From contig DEIG01000009.1 of the NCBI GenBank assembly GCA_002352345.1, positions 7,573-71,572 of the forward strand: 64,000 bases of DNA, given 5' to 3'. Under the pieces are notes generated by a model that had not been told where the DNA came from, made no database searches, and saw nothing but the letters and a program-made list of their open reading frames with translations. The stretch is from Methylococcaceae bacterium UBA2780 (GTDB lineage: Bacteria; Pseudomonadota; Gammaproteobacteria; Methylococcales; UBA2780). A program made the position numbers and the translations under genes. Positions 8,266 to 17,177 of this stretch are shown in pieces; the first letter of the stretch is position 1, and the number at the start of each line of letters is the position of its first letter.

Positions 8266-8997
8266 ATGTCTGAACAAACCTATCTCTCGGCCAAACCGAT
8301 TCCTACTCAAGAACGTCTAATTATGGCGCTTGATCTCCCCTCAATAGAAGAGGCAAAAAAACTGGTCGAAAAACTTGGTAATTCTGTTCACTTCTATAAG
8401 GTAGGAATGGAGCTATTTATGACAGGCGATTACTTTGAGTTGATTCACTGGCTAAAAGCTCAAAACAAGAAAGTCTTTGTCGACCTGAAGTTTTTTGATG
8501 TGCCTGAAACAGTTGGCCGCGCAATCCGAGCTTTAAGTAAGGTAGGTGTCGAATTTGCAACCATTCATGGTAACAACGCCATTATGGAGTCGGCGGCAAA
8601 AGAGAAAGGTGACCTTAAGGTCCTTGCCGTGACTGTTTTAACCAGCCTTGACCGCGGTGATCTTGATGACCTAGGTTTTAAATGTGACATCAAAGAGCTT
8701 GTTACCTCTCGTGCACGGCGAGCACTCGAACTTGGCTGTGACGGTGTCATCTCATCTGGCCTCGAAGTTCCTGCACTAAGAAATCAAATAGATAACAAAC
8801 TTCTTGTTATCTCTCCCGGCATTCGTCCTGTCGAGAATCGCCCCAGTGATGATCAAAAACGGGTCGTAACCGTGACCCAAGCTTTTAATAATGGCGCAGA
8901 CTATATCGTCGTGGGTCGCCCCATTAGAGATGCAGCCGACCCACTTGAGGCGGCAAAAATCATTCAATCTCAAATTGCTGAGAGCTTCAAAGCATAA
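8266..8997 (+). CDS. pyrF: orotidine 5'-phosphate decarboxylase
   Basis: LIMALDLP...HFYKVGMELF...VFVDLKFFDVPETV...; GGAG SD. Confidence 0.93.
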   Translation: MSEQTYLSAKPIPTQERLIMALDLPSIEEAKKLVEKLGNSVHFYKVGMELFMTGDYFELIHWLKAQNKKVFVDLKFFDVPETVGRAIRALSKVGVEFATIHGNNAIMESAAKEKGDLKVLAVTVLTSLDRGDLDDLGFKCDIKELVTSRARRALELGCDGVISSGLEVPALRNQIDNKLLVISPGIRPVENRPSDDQKRVVTVTQAFNNGADYIVVGRPIRDAADPLEAAKIIQSQIAESFKA

Positions 8998-9078
8998 GAG
9001 ACCTAGCATTTCAGTCAATTATGAAAGATAAGCTATAATTAACTGCGAAAAGCGACAATGGAAATAAGAGAGGAAAAT

Positions 9079-9417
9079 ATGGTTCCTGATTACAAAAGAA
9101 TAACCGCCCCAGTTGAGAAACTGGTTGAAATGAACGTTAACCAAGTCAAGAAGATGGTTGAGGCTCAACAAAAATCCACCCAAGATTATATGGAACTGGC
9201 GAAGAGCCGAATGGAAGCGGCTGCTAATATTAAAGATACAAGTACACTCTCTGCATTCTTTAAAGAGCAGATGGAACTCTCGCAGGCAAATTACGAAAAG
9301 ATGATTGCTGACAGCCAAAACCTGGTTGAAGAGGTACAGGGCTACGGTGAAGAGGTTAGAAGGCTGCTTAATGAAAGCTCTGAAACACTGCAGGATGAAA
9401 TGAGCAAAAAAGGATAA
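9079..9417 (+). CDS. phasin family protein (paralog 1, divergent)
   Basis: Aligns by eye with the two downstream phasins (…EKLVEMNVNQVKKMVEAQQKST…FFKEQMELSQANYEKMI…YGEEV). The start was moved to the ATG at 9079, which has a GAGGAA SD; the track start is 9058. Confidence 0.75.
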   Translation: MVPDYKRITAPVEKLVEMNVNQVKKMVEAQQKSTQDYMELAKSRMEAAANIKDTSTLSAFFKEQMELSQANYEKMIADSQNLVEEVQGYGEEVRRLLNESSETLQDEMSKKG

Positions 9418-9614
9418 TCCAATCGTCTTTCTAATCAACCAAAAAAACCACCGTTCTCGATGGTTTTTTATTTCCGCCTCTTTACTTGCTCTTTTTCTCG
9501 CGAAAAAAGCAGCCATCAACCATTCAGAGAGGGAATAACTGTTATTTTTTGATTTTCAACTTATTGTTTTTTAATGGAATAACGCAATTATTTATTGCGT
9601 TGCACAAATTATTG

Positions 9615-9643
9615 TTGCATCGCGTCAATTGTCCCCCTATAAT
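9615..9643 (+). promoter_or_regulatory. sigma70-type promoter of phasin paralog 2
   Basis: TTGCAT (9615-9620), 17 nt, TATAAT (9638-9643). The -35 sits inside a 17-nt block (attgttgcatcgcgtca, 9611-9627) that repeats identically upstream of paralog 3. Confidence 0.6.
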
Positions 9644-9695
9644 TATCTCCGTCTTATAAATTTATTATTTAATTTTACTTTTTTGGAGAAATATC

Positions 9696-10082
9696 ATGCT
9701 AAAAGAATTCACACCTGTTGATTTCACTAAAGCTTTAGAATCTATGCAGAAAATTGCTGACCTAAACGTTGCTAAAATTGAAGCTGCTGTTGAAGCTCAA
9801 AAAGCTGCTGCTCAGTCTTTAGTTGAACTAACAGAAGCTCGCGTTAAAGCAGCTACTGAAATCAAAGATTACGATGGTTTTGTCTCTTTCGTAAAAGAGC
9901 AATCAGAACTTGCACAGTCTTCTGTTGAAAAATTAGTTGAAGATAGCAAAGTCGCTGTTGAAGATGCACAAGCATACGGCGAAGAAGTTCAGAAAATTTT
10001 AGGCGAAGCAACTGAAGTTCCTGCTGCTAAACCTGCTGCTAAAAAAGCTGCTGCTAAACCTGCTGCTAAAAAAGCTGCTTAA
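9696..10082 (+). CDS. phasin family protein with C-terminal AAKP/AAKK histone-H1-like tail (paralog 2)
   Basis: Phasin core about 70% identical by eye to paralog 3. Tail is VPAAKPAAKKAAAKPAAKKAA. GGAG SD. Confidence 0.85.
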   Translation: MLKEFTPVDFTKALESMQKIADLNVAKIEAAVEAQKAAAQSLVELTEARVKAATEIKDYDGFVSFVKEQSELAQSSVEKLVEDSKVAVEDAQAYGEEVQKILGEATEVPAAKPAAKKAAAKPAAKKAA

Positions 10083-10104
10083 TTCGTTAAGCCTCTTTTT
10101 AAAA

Positions 10105-10137
10105 AGCCCGGTTCACTTTGTGAGCTGGGCTTTTTTT
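10105..10137 (+). terminator. rho-independent terminator after phasin 2
   Basis: 12-bp stem (agcccggttcac / gtgagctgggct, with 2 G-U pairs), ttt loop, then T7. Confidence 0.8.
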
Positions 10138-10178
10138 ATGCCTACCACGCGCAAAAATGACGCAGTGCAAAATAATTG

Positions 10179-10207
10179 TTGCATCGCGTCATTTTGTAAA
10201 GTACTAT
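10179..10207 (+). promoter_or_regulatory. sigma70-type promoter of phasin paralog 3 with overlapping inverted repeat
   Basis: TTGCAT (10179-10184), 17 nt, TACTAT (10202-10207). The inverted repeat TGACGCagTGCAA...TTGCAtcGCGTCA (10158-10191) covers the -35. Confidence 0.6.
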
Positions 10208-10260
10208 AGATCCGTGGTTACTTAAATACTTTATTTTTTAAATTTTCTTAGGAGATTCCC

Positions 10261-10605
10261 ATGTTAAACGAAATACCTGCATTTGATTTTCAAAAAGCGC
10301 TTGCACCTTTCCAGAAATTAGTTGAACTAAACGTTTCTAAAATCGAAGCTGCTGTTGAAGCCCAAAAAGCTGCAACTCAAGGCTTGGTTGAACTGACAGA
10401 AGCTCGCGTTAAAGCTGCTTCAGAAATCAAAGATGCTGATTCATTCAGCGCTTTCGTAAAAGAGCAAGCTGAGCTAGCACAGTCTAACGCTTCAAAAATG
10501 ATCGAAGACAGCAAAGTTGCTGCTGAAGAAGCTAAAGCATACGGTGAAGAAGTTCAGAAAATCATCACTGAAAGCATCGAAGAAGCTAAAGCTAACCTGA
10601 AATAA
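10261..10605 (+). CDS. phasin family protein (paralog 3)
   Basis: MLNEIPAFDFQKALAPFQKLVELNVSKIEAAVEAQKAATQGLVELTEARVKAASEIKD...; AGGAG SD. Confidence 0.85.
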   Translation: MLNEIPAFDFQKALAPFQKLVELNVSKIEAAVEAQKAATQGLVELTEARVKAASEIKDADSFSAFVKEQAELAQSNASKMIEDSKVAAEEAKAYGEEVQKIITESIEEAKANLK

Positions 10606-10630
10606 GCCTCTCTTATTTCTAGCTTTAAAT

Positions 10631-10667
10631 AAAAAGCCCCTCCCTAAAAATAGGGAGGGGCTTTTTT
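10631..10667. terminator. bidirectional rho-independent terminator (phasin 3 / TonB receptor)
   Basis: 11-bp GC-rich stem gcccctcccta/tagggaggggc, flanked by an A-run and a T-run, between convergent genes. Confidence 0.85.
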
Positions 10668-10696
10668 ATGCCTTACAAATTGTATCTATCAACAAA

Positions 10697-12808
10697 CTAC
10701 CATTCGTAGTTTGCTGTTACATACATATTGCGGCCTGGCCCAGGCAACCGATTTGCTTGGTTGTTACCCATAACCGTTCCGCCTACATCAGCATTTTGAT
10801 TATTACGATTATAACCACCTAAATGATCTGAGTATTTTTTATCCAGGACATTCTCAATGCCAAAAGCGATCGTCACCTGACTAGCTGGCACATACTCACC
10901 TCGCAAGTTCAGCAACCCATAACCGCCTGTTTTCTCTTCAGAATTTTCGTCTGAAACTTTGTTCTGAGCAGCATAACCAACCACCTCTGCTTTCGCAGAC
11001 CAGGTTGCTTTTTCGTAAGTTAGTGCCACGCGACCATTTAAAGGTGCAATCCGGTATAGATCATCACTTGTATCGCGGCGCTTACCACGAATATAGCTCA
11101 GACTACCGTCCAACCTTACATTAGCAGCCAAAGAAAAACCCCAAGCAGCATCAATACCATAAAGTTTTGCATCGGTATTAGTAAATTGGAGCGTTCCTGC
11201 GTTTAGAACCAGTGCGTCAGCATTTGTGGCTGGAGTCCCTTGAATATAATCATTGACGTGATGATAGAAAACACGCGGTGTTAGATAAGCTCCATCTTGA
11301 TGCCAATTCACACCAAACTCGGCCTGATAAGAAACCTCAGGATCAAGTTCAACATCACCAATATAAACGCGACCATCTGCTAAACCAGCAGTTGATTCAA
11401 GTGGCAACCAAAGATAACGCTCCTGATAACTCGCTGAACGTGTTTTACGTGCCAAACCATATTCTAAGTCAACCGTATCAGAGAGCGCCTGTCTTAAAAC
11501 CAAAACTAAATCAACATTAGTATCTTCTTGGGTTCTATCACTCGCATTAAAAGCCGTTTGGAGCGCCAAATGCCTAGCCCCCATCATAGCCATCATTCCA
11601 CCCGCGCCACTTATGCTGCTAAAAACGTCATCAGCATCCATATCAACTCTTGTTACACGAGCACCAGCCTCTAAATTAAATGAAGGAGCAATATCCCCAG
11701 TCCATTCAGAAAAAACACCATAGCGATCACGCTCTACCCCACTGTAATTGGTGATATGAAACATCGCATTTGTTGGATCGTAGATATCTGCATCGTGATT
11801 TGCATCATCGCCATCAAAACCGATTACCAAATTTCCACCCAGTGCCGGCATATTAAAAGCCAATTTATAGCTACCGCCATCAACAGTTGTATAGGCAAAA
11901 CGGTGCATTGGGTTACCCATCATTAAGGGTGGTGTTCTATATAGTTCATTACTCATCAAATGACGCGAATCCTGATAAGAAATTTTTGCTTCTATGCCAT
12001 ATCCATCCGTTGTTTGGAATTTATAGTCACCGCTAACAATCCCACCACGCGCATAAACGATATCCATTGGTAGTGCTGGCGTGCCAGTATGGCCCGTATC
12101 ATTATTACTGTAATCAAAACCAAACTCATGATCGCCTGTGCGAAGTCCATAACCTATCGCATAAGAGTCACGATCATACTGTGTATTAAAATTGGTATCG
12201 TTGCCATCAAAGTTGTAACTATCACCCTTCTCGCCAGACCACGCTAAGTGGGCACGTTGCGTATCATTCGCAAGCGAGGTCAGTAAAGAATAACGTTTAC
12301 CATTATCAACATCGCTGTAACCGGCTGAAAGCTTACCGTGTGACTCAACTTCAGAGCTTGAGCCAAACCGACTACCCGATGACTTCATCACCATGCTACC
12401 GCCAATTGTTTCAAGGCCACTGCTAACAGGCGCAATCCCGCGATAAACTTCAAGCGCACCCGCCATTGCTGCAGGGATGTGACTAAGCGGTGGATCCATA
12501 CTGTTAGGCCCCGCTGCTTTCACATGCACGCCATCAACCATCACATTGACTCGATCCCCATACATGCCACGATATTGTGCAATACCGGTAAGCGGGCCAT
12601 TACGGTTTACATTTGCACCTGGGATGCGTTTTAAAAGCTCTGCCGCATCCACAGAGCTTTCTGTACCTGGATTAACGCCTGTCAGGCCAGGGCGAACAAT
12701 TTCACCCTCAACCAAAACTGGCGCTAGCTCAGTATGTTCAGCGAGTACCTGTAATGGTAGGCTGGCCGCTGTTGCGATAAACAACGAGCGTGCAATTTTA
12801 TTAGTCAT
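10697..12808 (-). CDS. TonB-dependent outer-membrane receptor (substrate unknown, possibly metal)
   Basis: Signal peptide. Plug domain (APVLVEGE...DAAELLKRIPGANV...YRGMYGDRVNVMVDG). Long beta-barrel ending ...NMYVTANYEW. No Cys, so it lacks the OprC-type CxxxM/HxM copper site. Confidence 0.9.
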   Translation of the reverse strand: MTNKIARSLFIATAASLPLQVLAEHTELAPVLVEGEIVRPGLTGVNPGTESSVDAAELLKRIPGANVNRNGPLTGIAQYRGMYGDRVNVMVDGVHVKAAGPNSMDPPLSHIPAAMAGALEVYRGIAPVSSGLETIGGSMVMKSSGSRFGSSSEVESHGKLSAGYSDVDNGKRYSLLTSLANDTQRAHLAWSGEKGDSYNFDGNDTNFNTQYDRDSYAIGYGLRTGDHEFGFDYSNNDTGHTGTPALPMDIVYARGGIVSGDYKFQTTDGYGIEAKISYQDSRHLMSNELYRTPPLMMGNPMHRFAYTTVDGGSYKLAFNMPALGGNLVIGFDGDDANHDADIYDPTNAMFHITNYSGVERDRYGVFSEWTGDIAPSFNLEAGARVTRVDMDADDVFSSISGAGGMMAMMGARHLALQTAFNASDRTQEDTNVDLVLVLRQALSDTVDLEYGLARKTRSASYQERYLWLPLESTAGLADGRVYIGDVELDPEVSYQAEFGVNWHQDGAYLTPRVFYHHVNDYIQGTPATNADALVLNAGTLQFTNTDAKLYGIDAAWGFSLAANVRLDGSLSYIRGKRRDTSDDLYRIAPLNGRVALTYEKATWSAKAEVVGYAAQNKVSDENSEEKTGGYGLLNLRGEYVPASQVTIAFGIENVLDKKYSDHLGGYNRNNQNADVGGTVMGNNQANRLPGPGRNMYVTANYEW

Positions 12809-12984
12809 CCTCTACTCCTTAGATTTTGAAATCATTAAAACAAATGTACTTTATGTACAACAAACGTTGCGATTATTGCAAAAACCACACCGGCTTATGC
12901 GGGAATTGATAAAACTGTGTCAAATAACACACTTGTAAACCGCTAATTGGATTACCCAGTCTAATCTGTTAGATTTACTCGGCT

Positions 12985-13680
12985 ATGCATCTTGATCAAT
13001 CATTCAGCGCCTCTTACCCCGCCGCACTCACTATGGGGCTACTCACTTCAGCCCACTGCATGGCAATGTGCGGCTCGATTATGGGCGCCTTAACACTCAG
13101 CCTCCCTGAAGAGATCAGGAACAATAAGTTACGCATACTACCCTATGTCGCCAGCTACAATCTCGGCCGAATCAGTAGCTACGCCTTAATTGGGTTTCTC
13201 GTCGGATTTGCTGGCCATATGATCACCTTTTCACTCGGTGAAGGGGGTCTTGGGCACCGTGCAGTGCAACTTTTTTCAGCTGCCTTTATGATCAGTGCAG
13301 GACTTTACATTGCAGGTTGGTTCCCCCGCTTTGCCTTTATTGAAAAAGGAGGCGGTCTACTTTGGAAAAGAATTGAGCCATGGGGCAGGCGCTTTATGCC
13401 AGTTAGCAGCATTAGACAGGCCTATCTATTCGGGGTTATTTGGGGATGGCTTCCTTGTGGATTAATCTATGCTGCACTTATTCTGGCAGCAACAACTGGA
13501 GACCCAGTTCGTAGTGGCATCACAATGCTGATGTTCGGGATCGGCACATTGCCAGCCGTTATGACAACAGGTATCATGTTGAATTATATGGTTAAACTTG
13601 CACGATTGCCGTGGTTTAGACCCATAACAGGGCTTGTAATTATCGCCACTGCACTTGTAACGATTTTTCCATATATGTAA
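12985..13680 (+). CDS. TauE/SafE - DsbD_2-like polytopic membrane protein with HCxxMCG motif
   Basis: About 6 TM segments and N-terminal TSAHCMAMCGSIMG. It resembles the COG2836-type proteins often found next to metal/cbb3 maturation genes; this is recalled, not searched. Confidence 0.6.
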   Translation: MHLDQSFSASYPAALTMGLLTSAHCMAMCGSIMGALTLSLPEEIRNNKLRILPYVASYNLGRISSYALIGFLVGFAGHMITFSLGEGGLGHRAVQLFSAAFMISAGLYIAGWFPRFAFIEKGGGLLWKRIEPWGRRFMPVSSIRQAYLFGVIWGWLPCGLIYAALILAATTGDPVRSGITMLMFGIGTLPAVMTTGIMLNYMVKLARLPWFRPITGLVIIATALVTIFPYM

Positions 13681-13723
13681 TAAAAATAATAAAAAGCAAA
13701 AAAATTAATTTTAGGGGTAGTTC

Positions 13724-14671
13724 ATGGAAGCATTTAAGACACTCATTGGGCAGTCGGCCCAAATGGAATCACTTGTTCGTAGCGCCCGAATGGTTGCGGG
13801 AACAACAGCCGCGGTCTTAATCAAAGGCGAAACAGGCACAGGAAAAGAGCTCCTTGCAAATGCTGTTCAGGCATCTAGCCCTCGCTCCTCTAAGCCTTAT
13901 CTAACTATTAACTGTGCGGCTTTGCCCGAAAGCATTGCAGAATCAGAGCTTTTTGGGCATCGCAAAGGCGCCTTCTCTGGCGCAGACAGCAACCAGCAGG
14001 GGCGATTAACTGCTGCTCATGGCGGCACCGTTTTTCTAGATGAAATTGATTCATTACCACTACCCATTCAGGCAAAACTTCTACGCTTTTTAGAGACAGG
14101 CGAGTGCCAAGCCGTCGGGGAAACCGTAAACCAAAAAGTTGACGTTAGAATTATTGCTGCGACCAACAGCGATCTACACGAAAAGGTGGCGAGCGGCCAG
14201 TTTAGAAAAGATCTCTATTTCCGCTTAAATGTAGTCCCTCTTGAACTGCCATCACTTAGCGAGCGCCGCAGTGATGTAAAACTTCTTACAACACACTTTT
14301 CTAAAATGATCGCTAAAGGTCATGATCGTATCCCGATCAGCTTCAGTAAAACGGCACTTCAATCGTTAGAGGCCTATCACTGGCCAGGTAATGTTAGAGA
14401 GCTTCGCAATCTTTGTGAGCGGCTTTCAATCTTAATGCCTGGGCGCCTGCTTGAGCCAGAAAATTTGCCTCTTGAACTAAAACGGAATCAGGTGCTTCAA
14501 GAAGGATCCGTTCACCTACCGGCCTCTGGAATAAAACTTGAAAATGTTGAGATCGATCTGATTCACCAAGCGCTTGAAAGAAGTAGCGGCAATAAGAGCA
14601 AATCAGCTCGTTTGCTTGGAATTAGCAGAGATACTCTTCTTTACAGGATGCGCAAGTACGAGATGCGCTAA
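13724..14671 (+). CDS. sigma54-dependent transcriptional activator lacking an N-terminal sensory/receiver domain (PspF-like architecture)
   Basis: AAA+ core begins at residue ~5 (LIGQS...GETGTGKELLANAV, ESELFGHRKGAFSGA, GGTVFLDEI, RIIAATN, WPGNVRELRN). C-terminal Fis-type HTH (NKSKSARLLGISRDTLLYRMRKY). Confidence 0.9.
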   Translation: MEAFKTLIGQSAQMESLVRSARMVAGTTAAVLIKGETGTGKELLANAVQASSPRSSKPYLTINCAALPESIAESELFGHRKGAFSGADSNQQGRLTAAHGGTVFLDEIDSLPLPIQAKLLRFLETGECQAVGETVNQKVDVRIIAATNSDLHEKVASGQFRKDLYFRLNVVPLELPSLSERRSDVKLLTTHFSKMIAKGHDRIPISFSKTALQSLEAYHWPGNVRELRNLCERLSILMPGRLLEPENLPLELKRNQVLQEGSVHLPASGIKLENVEIDLIHQALERSSGNKSKSARLLGISRDTLLYRMRKYEMR

Positions 14672-14690
14672 GCGCTATCCCCCATTAGCT

Positions 14691-14718
14691 AAAAAGCGCC
14701 GCTCTTGCGGCGCTTTTT
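14691..14718. terminator. bidirectional rho-independent terminator
   Basis: aaaaa-GCGCCGC-tctt-GCGGCGC-ttttt between convergent genes. Confidence 0.85.
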
Positions 14719-14737
14719 AATTTCTGCCGCGAATAAA

Positions 14738-16279
14738 TCAGCCCTTCAGGTCAACCCCTCTCTCGATCTCCCCCTGCCGCCTCAGCTCTCGCTTCAATAT
14801 CTTTCCCGCTGCATTTTTCGGCAGCTCATCTACGATAAATACTTTTTTAGGCACTTCATAACCGCCAAGGTGATCTCTGCACCAGCCTCTCACCTCAACA
14901 GCCGAAACTGCCTCACTATCAACAACCACATAGGCAACCACATTCTCACCATGTAGATGGTCTGGCTCGCCAATCACAGCCGCCTCTATAACCGGTTTGA
15001 ATCGGTATAGCACCTCTTCAATAATGCGCGGATAGACATTCATTCCATTAACGATAACCATATCTTTCTTGCGATCCACGATTGAGAAATAACCATCCCC
15101 ATCTTCTGTTCCCAAATCCCCCGTTAAAAACCACTCGCCCATAAAAGAGGCCGCAGTTTCCTCCGGTAGATTCCAGTATCCTTTCATAACACTTACCCCT
15201 TTTACCGCGATTTCTCCCACTTCACCAATAGGAAGTACTTTTCCAGCATCATCAACTATCGACATTTCCACACCAGGAACAGGCAAGCCAACAGTGCCCG
15301 GCTTTGTTAGCCCCCCAATCGGATTGACACAGGTGACGGGGGAACATTCTGTTGGCCCATCCCCTTCATATACTTTCTTTTGAAACTTATCTTCAAACCG
15401 CCTCATCACCTCAAGCGGCATAGAGGCGCCACCTGACACACAAAAACGAATCGATTCGAAACAGGCGACACGCTCATCTTTAATGCGAAGCAAAATGTTA
15501 TACATACTTGGGACAGCTAAAAAAATTGTTGCCGTAGTCTCTTCAACTGTGCGGACCACCTGATCCGGATCAAACTTTTGCAGAGGAATAAAAGCACAGC
15601 CACAGGTGAGCGGCGTGAGCATCCCTACAGTGGCAGCAAATGCATGAAACATGGGCAATACGAGTAAAACCTTATCTTTTCCGGCTTGCCACTTCATCGC
15701 TTTAACAACACTCTGTGTATTGGCGACAAGATTGGTGTGCGTCAGCATCGCCCCTTTTGGCCTTCCAGTTGTTCCCGATGTATAAAGAATCGCCGCTAGA
15801 TCATCATCAGGCTCAAATTGAATAGTCGGTACTTGCAGATCATTTACTAAAAAAGAATCCCATCCTAATGATGAAGGGACAGGCTCTTCTCCAATACAGA
15901 TAGAAAACTCCAACGAAGAGATTGAACCGATCTGCTGGTGAGCATTCTCCTTAAATAGAGAGTGGTAGATTAGCCCCTTTGCAGTTGAATCATTTAAAAC
16001 ATAGGCAACTTCTGCCGGTTTTTGCATAAGGTTAATCGGCACAACAACCGCACCCGCTTTAATAATAGCCACATAAGCAATCGCAAATTCAGCTGAGTTC
16101 ATACAATAGAGTGCAACTCTGTCACCTTTTAAGACTCCTTTAGCTGCAAGCCCGGCTGCCGCCCTGTCAGAAAGAAGACCAATCTCTGCGTGGCTATATT
16201 TCTTCTTCTCCGTGATAACTGATGGATATTTTCCATAGCATTTAGCACTTTCTCGAATAAGATCAGGTAGTGATGGCAT
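14738..16279 (-). CDS. long-chain fatty acid-CoA ligase / AMP-binding enzyme
   Basis: AMP-binding motifs LYTSGTTGRPKGAM, GDLGTEDGDGYFSIVDRKKDMV and C-terminal PKNAAGKILKRELR. Confidence 0.9.
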   Translation of the reverse strand: MPSLPDLIRESAKCYGKYPSVITEKKKYSHAEIGLLSDRAAAGLAAKGVLKGDRVALYCMNSAEFAIAYVAIIKAGAVVVPINLMQKPAEVAYVLNDSTAKGLIYHSLFKENAHQQIGSISSLEFSICIGEEPVPSSLGWDSFLVNDLQVPTIQFEPDDDLAAILYTSGTTGRPKGAMLTHTNLVANTQSVVKAMKWQAGKDKVLLVLPMFHAFAATVGMLTPLTCGCAFIPLQKFDPDQVVRTVEETTATIFLAVPSMYNILLRIKDERVACFESIRFCVSGGASMPLEVMRRFEDKFQKKVYEGDGPTECSPVTCVNPIGGLTKPGTVGLPVPGVEMSIVDDAGKVLPIGEVGEIAVKGVSVMKGYWNLPEETAASFMGEWFLTGDLGTEDGDGYFSIVDRKKDMVIVNGMNVYPRIIEEVLYRFKPVIEAAVIGEPDHLHGENVVAYVVVDSEAVSAVEVRGWCRDHLGGYEVPKKVFIVDELPKNAAGKILKRELRRQGEIERGVDLKG

Positions 16280-16322
16280 CTTGTTCCTCTAAAAATTCAT
16301 TGATGGCTATACTCTACTAGAT

Positions 16323-17108
16323 ATGACGCTAACGCCTTTTAAAATTTTCCGCATTTTATTGCTGCTTGCCATTTTGGCTGCCACCGCTTTTTACACGAAA
16401 GCGCAACGACTCTCTTCAACTGGCTGGTTAGAACCACTGGAAATTATTATTTACCCAATCAATGCAGATGGAAAAGAGTCAACCGCACGTTATATCAACC
16501 AGCTAAAAGAGGGCGATTTTCAATCAATAGACCGCTTTACTGCTAAACAAAGCAAAAAATACGATATCCTAACTAAAAAGCCAACCATTACGCGGCTTGG
16601 AAACACCGTCACCAAATTACCACCCAAAGCTCCAACACCAAATGACTCAGCCCTCTCAAATATACTTTGGAGCATGAAATTTCGCCTGTGGGCTTGGCAA
16701 GAGACACCCGATGATCTTTCCAACAAACATCGCGCTAGAATGTTTGTGCTTTACCATACGCTGACTGAAGGCCAACGGCTTGAGCACTCCTACGGATTAA
16801 ATAAAGGACTTCTTGGCCTTGTAAACGCATTTGCATCAAAAGAACAGACCGCGCAAAACAGCATCGTCATTACCCACGAGTTTTTCCATACCGTTGGCGC
16901 TACCGACAAATATGGCCCAAATGGAAACCCAGTTTTTCCTGAAGGGTACGCCTCTCTCGAGAATCAAAGGTACCCTCAACGGCGCGCAGAAATCATGGCT
17001 GGAAGAATACCAATCTCAGAAGGGCACTCACGCATGGCTGACAGCTTAAGACAATGTGTTGTCGGCAAGAAAACAGCACAAGAAATAAATTGGCTCCCTA
17101 ACATTTAA
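16323..17108 (+). CDS. membrane-anchored hypothetical protein with HExxH motif
   Basis: N-terminal TM segment (FKIFRILLLLAILAATAFY). VITHEFFHTVGATDKY suggests a zincin-like site. I recognise no family. Confidence 0.55.
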   Translation: MTLTPFKIFRILLLLAILAATAFYTKAQRLSSTGWLEPLEIIIYPINADGKESTARYINQLKEGDFQSIDRFTAKQSKKYDILTKKPTITRLGNTVTKLPPKAPTPNDSALSNILWSMKFRLWAWQETPDDLSNKHRARMFVLYHTLTEGQRLEHSYGLNKGLLGLVNAFASKEQTAQNSIVITHEFFHTVGATDKYGPNGNPVFPEGYASLENQRYPQRRAEIMAGRIPISEGHSRMADSLRQCVVGKKTAQEINWLPNI

Positions 17109-17177
17109 ACTGTAACGTTTATCGCTTAAAATCAGTCTCATTAATTTTGAATAAAAACAGCAAAAAGGAATAGCACA

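Noticed and set aside
9019-9519. 166-aa minus-strand ORF covering the first phasin gene
   Set aside because: It is antisense to an ORF with clear phasin similarity and an SD. Its composition (Phe/Leu/Cys-rich) is typical of a shadow frame.
10023-10076. Tandem 27-nt repeat as a CRISPR/VNTR-like non-coding repeat
   Set aside because: There are only two units, in frame inside the phasin CDS, encoding the AAKPAAKKA tail. It is reported as a coding repeat instead.
12865-12885. Fur-box-like sequence TTGCGATTATTGCAA upstream of the TonB receptor
   Set aside because: It has loose dyad symmetry (TTGC…GCAA) but a poor match to the 19-bp GATAATGATAATCATTATC consensus. Iron regulation cannot be claimed from it.
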